A DNA stretch of 50,959 nt, counting the filler, from Diploschistes diacapsis (lineage: Eukaryota), in assembly GCA_023645945.1 (NCBI GenBank). It is 3 parts of 3 records of this genome, joined end to end, with 100 filler letters (N's around TTAATTAATTAA, not from the genome) between each part and the next. Parts side by side here need not be neighbours in the genome. Positions count along the whole stretch, not along the records: positions 1 to 16,957 come from JALAIB010000479.1; positions 17,058 to 33,966 come from JALAIB010000480.1; 1 more part is not named here. One strand, written 5' to 3'. Positions 12,986 to 22,516 of this stretch are shown here, in pieces; position 1 is the stretch's first letter; every line of letters begins with the position of its first letter. The position numbers and the translations under genes are program-made. The notes under the pieces are model-generated. The model saw nothing but the letters and a program-made list of their open reading frames with translations. It was not told the DNA's origin and did not search any database.

Positions 12986-13516
12986 TCAAGCATACTGACT
13001 GTTCCGGCTATTCGGGTTTGTGAGTTCATTAAATCGCAGTCTCTTGTCATCCAAATGATGGCGGGTTGTCAGCAGCTCAGGAACTCTATAGTTCTCCCTC
13101 GGATCCTTCATTTCGACTCGGTGGATGGTCCGATCATGGGGAATAACCACCATGTGCTCGCGACCGCATTTGACTATCAGGCATGACACCAGATCGGCGC
13201 ATCTGCATTGGAGAACCTCCAGGTGCGGCAGCGCGAAGGCTTGTGCTAGAATGTGCGTCTCCATGGTGCGGGCGGCCAGGTGCTCGGTTGAGTTGCGATG
13301 CTCGCATTTCCCGTATATGTCGATGTATCGTACATGCTGAAATTCGACTTGTGGGTACGGAAAACGGGATCGAAGAGATGGGTTGGTGGTGCCTGGTGCG
13401 ATGAAGGCATCGCCTACCTCGTTATCTGGGTCTTGAGTCTCCCCTTCGGGTGACTCTTGGGAGCATGGAGAAAAGGCTCGAAGAGCTACTTTGGTGGTGG
13501 TGCGAGCGGATGCCAT
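12986..13516 (-). CDS. Hypothetical protein, possibly a distant relative of 14015-14572
   Basis: 176-aa intronless ORF from ATG 13516 with no recognisable domain. Weak motif sharing: KCEHRNSTEHL vs KCSYSNGTEDL. Confidence 0.4.
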   Translation of the reverse strand: MASARTTTKVALRAFSPCSQESPEGETQDPDNEVGDAFIAPGTTNPSLRSRFPYPQVEFQHVRYIDIYGKCEHRNSTEHLAARTMETHILAQAFALPHLEVLQCRCADLVSCLIVKCGREHMVVIPHDRTIHRVEMKDPRENYRVPELLTTRHHLDDKRLRFNELTNPNSRNSQYA

Positions 13517-13679
13517 GATTGATTCTGGCCTATTATTTTTAGGGGTTGAGTGTTCCGTTTGGAGATTCGACCACGCAATGACTCGAATTCTCATCGAAGG
13601 GCAATTCAAATGTAAGATGAAGCTTCAGTATGGGATCTAAAGTTTGCAGTAGGACAAAGAGAGAGGCCGGGCTTTATGT

Positions 13680-13748
13680 CTTAACAACCAGTACATTGTG
13701 ATCTCGTCTAGGCTATGTAGACGATATCACAATGTACCGATTGTTAAG
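13680..13748. repeat. Inverted repeat: 31-bp arms (13680-13710 and 13718-13748), 7-nt loop, 3 mismatches
   Basis: Left arm cttaacaaccagtacattgtgatctcgtcta vs reverse complement of right arm cttaacaatcggtacattgtgatatcgtcta. Confidence 0.92.
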
Positions 13749-14014
13749 GCCATGTTTACAATGTCTTTATAGACTTTGAGCAGCCCAGATCACAACCGCT
13801 TTGCCGTTTTGATAATTTCGCCTATGAGCCGACATTCGTTTTGAGGGCTGTCATGGAAAAGAATCAATCTCAATATTTCTGCCAATATCATGATCAATGC
13901 ATGCTCAAGATCTATATAGCAACTTTGCTACCCATACTTGCTGTTGAGACACCTGGACAAGAGCCTTAGAGAGCTTCAAGGAACGCTGTCTATATTTTAA
14001 GCACATCACGGAGT

Positions 14015-14572
14015 CTAGAAACGGTCGGCGCCATAGGCAGCCTCGAGGAAGCCCACCCACGAATCAAGCACCTCCTGAACGCGCTCTGGGTCCGACTCCT
14101 TGGCCAAAGCCACCGACACAGCCTCCATCATCCTCAGTTTCAAGATTCCGGCCGCCAGAACCTCGTGGATGCCCGGACCGTTCAGCACGTCCTCCATGAC
14201 GTCTTGGAGGCAGGACGGCTCGACGATTCGGTCAAACCTGGGTGGCCGACCTCTCAGCCCAAGATGTACGAAGTACAAATCCCCTTCGATCTTCACCAGC
14301 GCCGGTTTGCCGCTCCATGCGTTCGTAGATACCATGGTGAGAGGCTTTACCTCTGGGAAACCGGTGGGCAAGTTTGCAAGCGCACAATCAAGGAACTTGC
14401 GCAAATCCTCGGTGCCGTTGCTGTAGCTGCATTTGCTGCTGAGCCTCACACCGTTATGGTCGAATTGCTCCGTTTGGAGAAGTGGGTGTCCTTGTTCGAG
14501 GGTCCGCTCTACGTCGTCGGATAGCTTCTGGGTGGAGGAGGATTCGCAGGATGATGACTCGGAGCTGCTCAT
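14015..14572 (-). CDS. Hypothetical 185-aa protein (orphan family, intact copy)
   Basis: Clean ATG-to-TAG ORF, TATA-like element near 14663 and an adjacent degenerate paralog. Confidence 0.65.
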   Translation of the reverse strand: MSSSESSSCESSSTQKLSDDVERTLEQGHPLLQTEQFDHNGVRLSSKCSYSNGTEDLRKFLDCALANLPTGFPEVKPLTMVSTNAWSGKPALVKIEGDLYFVHLGLRGRPPRFDRIVEPSCLQDVMEDVLNGPGIHEVLAAGILKLRMMEAVSVALAKESDPERVQEVLDSWVGFLEAAYGADRF

Positions 14573-14844
14573 ATTTAATTAACTTTGTCTTTGGTGAAGC
14601 TAAGTCAGTGAACGTAGGCGGACGTGTGTTTGAAACTTCAGTGGAGGGCGAAGCAGACCTGGTATATAAAGAACCCCGGTGGTTTTGCGTGCCGCCTCCA
14701 TGCCGTTGTCAAACAACAATGGATTAGAAAGAAAAACAAAACGACAATACTCGGTCAAAGATCGTCGCCCAGGCTAATGCGCGAGCTCTCGCCCCCTGGA
14801 ACTCTCTCTCGACATTCAATCATGGTCACCATCCAAGCCACCCT

Positions 14845-15353
14845 CTACACCTCTTTGTCCGTGTGGGTCTCGCTTCCTCCAAGACCTTCAGCCTCTTCGA
14901 TCCTGGTGCACAAACTCTGTGCACTGACATCCTCCATCTCCAGCCGTCCCCTCTTGAGCGCCTCATCAACCCCGGGCCCTCGGACCAGCTCCAAAAAATC
15001 TCCGTCAGGCGGACTGGCCGCGCAATCCGCTTGAAAGAGGGATAACAGTATGGAGTACAAAAGAGAAAGCAGAGCCGGCCCTTGACCCCTTTATCGCCCT
15101 CTATTCTGACGAGAGCCGCTCGCCAGGGAAAGTCGCAGCCGAAGTCGAAAACCACATGGAGTCTCTACTCCATGACCGGAAACTCCTCAGGGAGCTGTTA
15201 CAGTGCAGTTTCGAGAAGCTGTTGTTGTTGTTGTCGAGGGTGCTTGGAGCAGCCGTAGTAATGGGAGGAGGTGCTGGTGCTGGAGGGGACATACTCGAGG
15301 GAGAGGTTGGGGATGGGAATTCTTCGAAGGCTGCAATCACAGGTTAGGGTCAT
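14845..15353 (-). pseudogene. Disrupted paralog of 14015-14572 (two in-frame stops and one frameshift); 5' limit approximate
   Basis: LLETAL*QLPEEFPVME*RLHVV..ALVRIEGD..FKRIARP..[frameshift at the run 14993-14998]..GPGVDEALKRGRL aligns with FLDCALANLPTGFPEVKPLTMV..ALVKIEGD..FDRIVEP..GPGIHEVLAAGIL. Confidence 0.75.
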
Positions 15354-16199
15354 ATGTCTGTCTGCATTGTGGATTGGTTCTATACGACTTACCATATTGA
15401 AGCAGAATTCGAAAAATTGGATCGTGTCGAAAGTTGAGAGCTCTCTATTTGAAACTCTCTTCTCTTCGGAAGGGCCAGAAGTGTGCAATATTTTATATAA
15501 AGGTGTTGAACATCAGTTGGCCTGTTAAGGAGGGTTCAGCGCCTGAGAACTTGGTTTTCGTCGCTTGGGCGTCCCTACATAGCTGCATCTCCACCTCATC
15601 ACAGCTACCTGCATAGTGAAGCTATACCTCCCACCCATTCCGGTGGCGGTGTTTTTTCGCGACTGGAAAAGCTTTCCTCATCGACTTGGTGGAAGAAGAA
15701 ATTCGACGTTCTCCTGCTATTGCTTGCTTAGAACTGTCCGGGCGAGGTAGCTCCATTTCATATATACGCGTCTTCTCGTTATAAGCCCCCTAATAGAACT
15801 CTCCTTAGCGTTCCTTTCACAGTGACCGCCATATCGTACGTCGGCCAGCTTCATGGCCTCATGTATAGCTTTGCTTCTCAATAATCTCTAGGATCCCTTG
15901 TGTGTCTGGACGCTCCATCGAGTTCGAGATAATTCAGGGTTAAGGGGATTGCGCATATGGTCGGTTTGGGAAAAAGAATCTAGGGACATACGTATTGTGA
16001 ATGGAGAGAAATCTTGTCACTAATATATAGTGTATTTATAACGGAGATGCTACAGGTGTGCTACTTGTTCAATATGACACTCCCAATCAAATACAAACTT
16101 AAACAAGCCCAGCTGCGCAAACAAAGGCCGCTGCTTATTGCGCGCTTTTTCGCTCATGGATTCTTTGTGAATGTGAAAACATGGGTTTTCGCGACATGA

Positions 16200-16957
16200 T
16201 CAGCTTAGTATTAAGAAAATATCTTATCCTTTGTCTCGGGAGCATTATCTGTTCCGTTTATTTGTTATATAAATACTATAGGGCTGATAGTTAGTTTGCG
16301 TATACGTTAAGTTAGATCCTATATAAATTTATATATATATATTCTTAGAACGCCCCTACAGGAATAGGTGCTACACTACCAGGGGCTGAGCCTGATCCGG
16401 AAGGATTACGTGTAACTGAGCATCTGTGAATGGTTCAGATTCGAAAAGGTGAAGAAGGAACTAACTAAGTGGGAAGTAGCGAGGTATAAATACTTCCCCA
16501 GGTCAGCCCTACAGGGTTCAACCCTTGAACCCACAAACGTTCAGGATGTTCCATCATGTTTATAATACGCAGAACCCAATAAGGGGCTACCAAAGGGTAT
16601 GCCAAGTATATACCAAGACCCGCTAGCGTGTTCTTATATAAGAACAAAGTTTTCGCAAATAAAGATAATTTTTTAAAAATTATTTCATTAATATATCTAT
16701 CGTTTAATAAAGATTTAATTACCGAATAACCATTTATTTATTTTATTATTATATTATAGTATTAATCTTTATAATTATAACTTTTTTTCTTTCTTAAGAA
16801 CTACGGTTCGAAATATAATAAATAACTCGCGACCGAAACGTAATACCCGTCTATAATCACAAAATAAACAAAAATTAAAAAACGAGTTTAACGAATTGTA
16901 ACCTTTTAATAATCGATTTATAAGCGAGATAATACCGACAGAAGAAACTTTTAACCC
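16200..16957. repeat. AT-rich, TpA-enriched contig end; probable RIP-degraded repeat or transposon relic
   Basis: Abrupt AT enrichment (strongest 16650-16957), abundant TA and sparse CA/TG by eye, at an assembly break. No element family recognised. Confidence 0.55.
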
Positions 16958-17057
16958 NNNNNNNNNNNNNNNNNNNNNNNNNNNNNNNNNNNNNNNNNNN
17001 NTTAATTAATTAANNNNNNNNNNNNNNNNNNNNNNNNNNNNNNNNNNNNNNNNNNNN
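16958..17057. other. Artificial contig spacer N44-TTAATTAATTAA-N44
   Basis: 100-nt spacer whose core (17002-17013) gives stops in all six frames; an identical copy lies at 33967-34066. Confidence 0.97.
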
Positions 17058-19247
17058 CCCTCCAAAATCTCGCACGATCCCCCCGGCGCTGCCTCTCCCT
17101 CCTCTCCAACGTCTCGGGACTCTTCCTCTGTCCCCTGAAGATCCAGTCCCGCATGCGGTACCGGTACTGCATAATCTTTCTCTGCTCGCCCGCCGCAAGC
17201 TCGGACCCGTACACCTGGAGCGTGCGCCCGAACTCGCCCTCCAGGCGCCGCGCCAGCTGCTTCAGCACGTACCGCTCCTCCATGTCCATCTGCCCACCGC
17301 GCAGCAGCGCCGGGCTCAGCGCCTCGCCCCTCTTTCGCGCCTTCTGCCGCGTCGCCGACCAGTCGAGGCTGACGGGGTCCAGGGCCTCGGCCGTTTTCTC
17401 GGCCAGATCTTCTTCTTCTTCTTTTTTCCCCAGCATTGCCGTACCTGTCTCGCTGTCGTCTCTGTCAATCTCCGCTTCTCGCCCAAAGGCAAAGACACCC
17501 TTCAGGTTCAAGAACAGGCTGAACAGCAGATCCACCGCGTTCACTACGTCCCCGATCGGCCACCGCATGTCTTTTTTGCTTAGCAGTCCACAGAACCCGG
17601 ACATGGTGTCCACGTCCGGCACCGCCAGGCGCTGCTGCATGATGCCCAGAAGCTCCACACCCTGCTTCAATGCCCAGGTACTCTTGCCATTGCGCACGCA
17701 CGCGCTCATCGCGATGCGGAAGGTCTTCGGCTGCACCGAGGCCGCCAGCCCACCATTCTCTGCGGAGCGCGTCATGTCCGCGACGAGGTCGACTGCGAGG
17801 CCGCTGGCGCGACGCGCACGTAGGAGGCGCAGGTACTGGTGGTAGTTGTCCTGATCGGGCTTCACAGTCCTGGTGATCAGATCCCAGTATTTTTGCGCCT
17901 CGGGTAAAGCGTGCACACGACCGCAGGCGATCATGACCATGGAGAGAATAGCGCAGCCTGGAGCAGGATAGATGCGGTGATTCTTCGAGGGAGGGAGGGA
18001 GAGGAACTCGGAGGAGGGGGACAAGGAGGCTCCTTCGGTGGGAATTGTAGGCTGGGAGCTGGGGCGTGGCAGAGTCTCGGGCTGCGGTTCGAAGGGATCG
18101 GAGACATCTTCGAGAGGACCACTTCCGACTGTACTGTTGGGATCCTCAAACCTTTCATTGCGTAACTGCAGGTGCGTTTTCCGCTTTGGATCGCCAATGC
18201 GAGGGAAGTTTCGCGGGATGCGCATGGTTTGTTCCACGAGCGAGAGCACGTCGTCGACGTCTCGTACAGTGTTACCGACGAGCAACAATCGCGCCATGGC
18301 GAAAACGAGCCTTTCATCTATAGTGATGCTGTTCTCTTGCCACCTGCTTATAATGTCGCCCCATATTCTCCTTCCTTTGAGAATGGCGTCCTGTCTTCTG
18401 GCAGCTTTTTGCTCTTCGGTCTCGTTCTTGAGAGGCTGCAGAGCGCTTCCGTTTAGAGCGTTGAGAATGGTAGTGAAGGAGGCATTATCGGGAGCACCCG
18501 GACCACGTTCCGGGAGCCTAGCAGCGATACTGAACATGGAGTCCGTGTCCGAAGCTTTTGCGCACGTGTTCAGGATGGCGTTTGTATGTATAATGGAAGG
18601 TTTCACGCGGGAGTTCTCAGAGAACATGGAATTGTAGATTTTGAGAGCGTCTGCCACTGAACGGCTCCTGTCTTCAGCTGCATTCCTTGCAAACCCTCTC
18701 AGGAGCATTGTGTATGTATAGGAGTCGGGGACTTGAGCTCTCTTCTTCATCTACATGTCCGTCAGCTGAAACGGCCGGGCTACGAGCTCTGCGAAGCACA
18801 AACGTCATTGAAAATCTTCAGAGCGGACCCTGTCCGGCCTTTGCTCATCTCGTAGTCAATGATGTGATTCCAGCTGATAGTACATTGTCTGTCTCTACCC
18901 GCCAGCTGAACGAGATCCAGCGCTTTTGTCAACTTGTCCTGTCGCAGTAGATTGTTCACGGTTTTGGCTAGCTTCAAGGGATCTTGCAGGTATTCAAGCT
19001 CCTTGTGTAGGTTTCTCTTTCGCGCCTCGACCCCGAGTGCTTGCCTGCGGTTCCGTATATCATTTTCCTGTAGCCTTTGACCCTGCTCGACGGCATTGGC
19101 GATGGTTGCAAGAGTTCGTCGTTGTGGGCGAACCTTGCGCGGTAGAAGCGCCAAAAAAAAGCTTGAAGTCGGATTGAGCAGCGGTATATGAGATTCTGAG
19201 ACAACAGCTCTAAGTAAGTCGCGAAGGCAACTGCTACAGGTAAGCAT
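17058..19247 (-). CDS. Pentatricopeptide repeat (PPR) protein, probably mitochondrial; intron 18803-18751; 3' end cut by the contig break
   Basis: Presequence-like MLTCSSCLRDLLRAV; PPR-like units ISWNHIIDYEMSKG..ALKIFND|MKKRAQVPDSYTYTMLLRGF, HTNAILNTCAKA and PDNASFTTILNAL. Confidence 0.85.
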
Positions 19248-19910
19248 AACACAGTGTTTTCCCATGGGGCTTGCTGGATGCTGAAAGAAATCGGATCTCC
19301 GTCAATAAAAATATCCGAGGTAAAACTGATGGGAGAAGCTAACGCTCGGGGGTCTCGGCCGCAATATCGCAAAAGTGGCACCCAACTTGAAGTCCTCAGG
19401 TAACCCCCCTTTTGGCAACTTTACGACGAAAGGTGTCTATTCGAAGCCGGAGAGGTCCTTACTGAGCAGAAGAGCCCATGATGCTCTACACTCCGGATCA
19501 ATCATGGAATTTGTGGAATGGCATCAGCGGGCAATTATCGGATCACGGTCATTTTCTATGGCAGGAAACACATGTAGAAGACGAGAGGAGAGGCGGCCGC
19601 TGACACATCATATTCATTGAGCTTCGAGGTCACCAAAAGGGCGGTCGCGGCTCAAAGAGGTTGTGTGTGAGAACGAAAAAGGGCGTCCGCCTAATTCTAG
19701 GAGACATTGGTAAGGACATAAAGAGTTCATCATCGTGGCTCGGAGCCTTTTTCAGCTGCGTAACTATATAATCGTGACTTCGGATAGTCGAGCCTTGTCT
19801 AGTCAAGGGAATTCCGCAGCCGGGTATAGAGTTTAGCAATAATAATGATAGGAAACTGTGTAAGGTTACATCCTGTGAAAGAAGCAAGCTTTTGTAGGAG
19901 TTGACATAGG

Positions 19911-21566
19911 TCAATTCGTCCGAAGGTCTTCGCCAAATTTTGGAACGCGCAGATATGTCAACCACCTTTCGCGTCTTCCGAGGCTTCGGCTGTCGGATCG
20001 GCTAGCTGCCTCCTCATCGTGGTCATGAGATATGAGCCAAGACAAGCCAAGCCATCTGATTATCTGCAGAGCGTAGAGTTCACCAAAATTTGAAGTTTCT
20101 AGAATTTGTTGGTGGTGTGCTGGTGTTGGATGGGAGCTTCCGGCCGCACCTTGCATGCTGAGGGAATCCGATGAACGCGAATCCACCGACGTTCTCCGCT
20201 CCTCTGTCGGTCCTTCTCGGATAGCTTTGGATCCATCAGGAATCGAGTAAACGAAGATTGCAAAACAAAGGGATAAGAAAACGAATGAAAAGGCCAGGAT
20301 AGGGAGCGCCTGCTGGGATCTGCCAGAGGCGGCAAACGCGATGATCCTACGACGGATCGGCTCACGGAAACCACGGGATTCCGTTAGCAGCTCGTTGGGG
20401 AGGGAGAACAACCCCCGTTTGTTCAGCTTGGGGGAGACCTCTTCGCGCTCAGTGAAACCTTCCATTATCATCAGGCCTGCGAGCGACCCAACCAGCATGC
20501 GACTCATCATGCGACTTCTCGACCAGCGAGAGCCTTCTTCCTCGTTGTCCAGTACCGATTCTTCCAGTTCGGGAATCTGGTGTGGCAGCGAGATAGGGGC
20601 GTAATGCTCTTCCGACCTCGTCTGAGCCCTGAAGCGTCGCCAACTGTCAGAGACAGGAACCATTCCCTGGACCTCCGACCAGGGCGGGATCACCATCATT
20701 GCATCAACGCCGGAGCTAGAAGACTCGGGCGCATAGTGTCCCTGTGGCGTCGCCTCCTCCCGAAGGCGGCGGACGTCTTCGGGAACCTTGATCATCCCGG
20801 CTGGACTGGGTTCTTGAGTTATGCCGTTCTTTCCTTTCCCAGATTCTCCGCGAGGCGTCTCTTCAACGTGCGTGGCGGCAATGGCTGAATTCATGAAAAT
20901 TGTAGGAACTGCACTCGATACGACAGGTGGAGTCCGAAGCAGTCCCTTCGAACCCTTCCGGTTTCGCAATGTTGAAACCTCGGCGAGTAGCCTTTGGTTT
21001 TGTCTCTCGAGTTGCTGAATGTACTCCGTTGCCTTGATAAGAACTGTCGCTTTGTTGAACTTCAGGCCTTGAGACGCTTCGTCCCCGGATCCGTCCGAGT
21101 CCGAGTTGATGCTCTTCTGAGGCCTCTTTTTTATCGTGGGTGGAGCGAAGCGAAGCTCGGGAACACTGTCACGCAGCTTTGCAATCTTGTCATTGAGGTT
21201 CGAGCGGTACCTCTTCTCAATCACGTTGTGCGATATCTTTTTACCTCTTGGCTGCCTTCCGCTGCCTGTGGGCGGGGCGTTGCCGGTCCCAGCGATGGCA
21301 GAGCTCTTTCTCTTCTTGGACTCGGTGGATGGGAGGGAATATACGGGAGAAAAGTTGATAGGTGGTAGACTATCGAAATCCGATGGTGATGTGCTTCCAA
21401 GGGATCCCGAGACGTATTGCAGCGGAGGAGGTGAACGATGGGGGGTGCTAGCGGAGAGAGAGTCGAGTGGGCCATCCCACTTCATCCAGTCTTCCCATTC
21501 CTCCCTTGCAAAGCTCGCCGGCTGCGTAGTTGATGCTGTTGATAGCGCATCTCTCGAGTCTGACAT
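19911..21566 (-). CDS. SREBP-family bHLH-ZIP transcription factor with membrane segments (short form); C-terminus could be altered by an unseen intron
   Basis: Basic region SHNVIEKRYRSNLNDKI carries the SREBP-diagnostic Tyr; helix 2 KFNKATVLIKATEYIQQLE; TM-like MLVGSLAGLMIMEG and ILAFSFVFLSLCFAIFVY. Confidence 0.88.
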   Translation of the reverse strand: MSDSRDALSTASTTQPASFAREEWEDWMKWDGPLDSLSASTPHRSPPPLQYVSGSLGSTSPSDFDSLPPINFSPVYSLPSTESKKRKSSAIAGTGNAPPTGSGRQPRGKKISHNVIEKRYRSNLNDKIAKLRDSVPELRFAPPTIKKRPQKSINSDSDGSGDEASQGLKFNKATVLIKATEYIQQLERQNQRLLAEVSTLRNRKGSKGLLRTPPVVSSAVPTIFMNSAIAATHVEETPRGESGKGKNGITQEPSPAGMIKVPEDVRRLREEATPQGHYAPESSSSGVDAMMVIPPWSEVQGMVPVSDSWRRFRAQTRSEEHYAPISLPHQIPELEESVLDNEEEGSRWSRSRMMSRMLVGSLAGLMIMEGFTEREEVSPKLNKRGLFSLPNELLTESRGFREPIRRRIIAFAASGRSQQALPILAFSFVFLSLCFAIFVYSIPDGSKAIREGPTEERRTSVDSRSSDSLSMQGAAGSSHPTPAHHQQILETSNFGELYALQIIRWLGLSWLISHDHDEEAASRSDSRSLGRRERWLTYLRVPKFGEDLRTN

Positions 21567-22055
21567 GGTCGTCCAAGGAGGGAAAGCGAGGGTCGGGGGG
21601 AATTGGTCGATTATCGCAGAGCCATGATCAATGAGAAGAACTCAATGTTGGCAATTGAGCTTTGGCTCCGTGTCAGATGTCCGATAAGGGCTCCCAAGAG
21701 GTTTAAAAAATGTGGTGTGAGAAAACCCCAGTTCTCGGGACGGTAAGCTCCCGGCCAAGCACCGCCTTAAGATGGGATAGTTGCCTTCACCAAGGGTACA
21801 GACGTCAGATCAACCTGCCGAACCTACTGGGCTACTAGTAACTTAGTAGTAGATCAAACTTCACTGACATTGACAGTAAACAGTCTCTACGACAATCGAA
21901 CTATGGGTAGATAGAGGAATTTTTCAATTGTTTTCACAAGAAATCAAGAGGTGGCGCAAAGGGAAGAAAAGTCTTTTTTGAGGAGTAAAAGAGAGAGTAA
22001 AATTGGGGCGATTCGCTAGGCTTGCTTCCCTTCCTTATTGGACCGGGGAAGTGAC

Positions 22056-22088
22056 GATAGATAGATAGATAGATAGATAGATGGATGG
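22056..22088 (+). repeat. (GATA)6(GATG)2 microsatellite upstream of the SREBP-like gene
   Basis: gatagatagatagatagatagatagatggatgg read directly. Confidence 0.9.
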
Positions 22089-22516
22089 GCAGGGGCGGTG
22101 GCTACAGCGGTGAGTGAGCCTCTTCGCGGTGGAGTGATAATAAAGACTACTACTAGCTTTTCTTTAAGACAGCCAGCTATAGCCAATAATATCGATTGAA
22201 ATCGTTTGTTTCCAAGACTTTACAAAATATACAGACATTTCGATTACTATTCTGGGTCAAAGTCTGCGCTTGAATACATACGTTTAAAGTGTTGTTGTTA
22301 TTATATTATGATTTCTGATCTGTACTTCATTCACAGAAAGGTCGAGCTCCGTCGTCGTCGTCGTCGTTGTCGTCGTCGAGTATCAAACTTAAATTTAATT
22401 AGTTGACCAAATTAGCATGCTCGAATTGCAGGCAGTCTGCGCAAGTAGCAAGTAGCGTAGAATCAAGTCCAGCGGTATAGTTTTGTTTGTCCGAGAACAA
22501 GTTTCTGCAGACTGGC

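Noticed and set aside
16385..16415. Reverse ACGTAATCC resembling a pogo/Fot1-type terminal inverted repeat
   Set aside because: No TA target duplication, no convincing partner end and no transposase remnant recognised.
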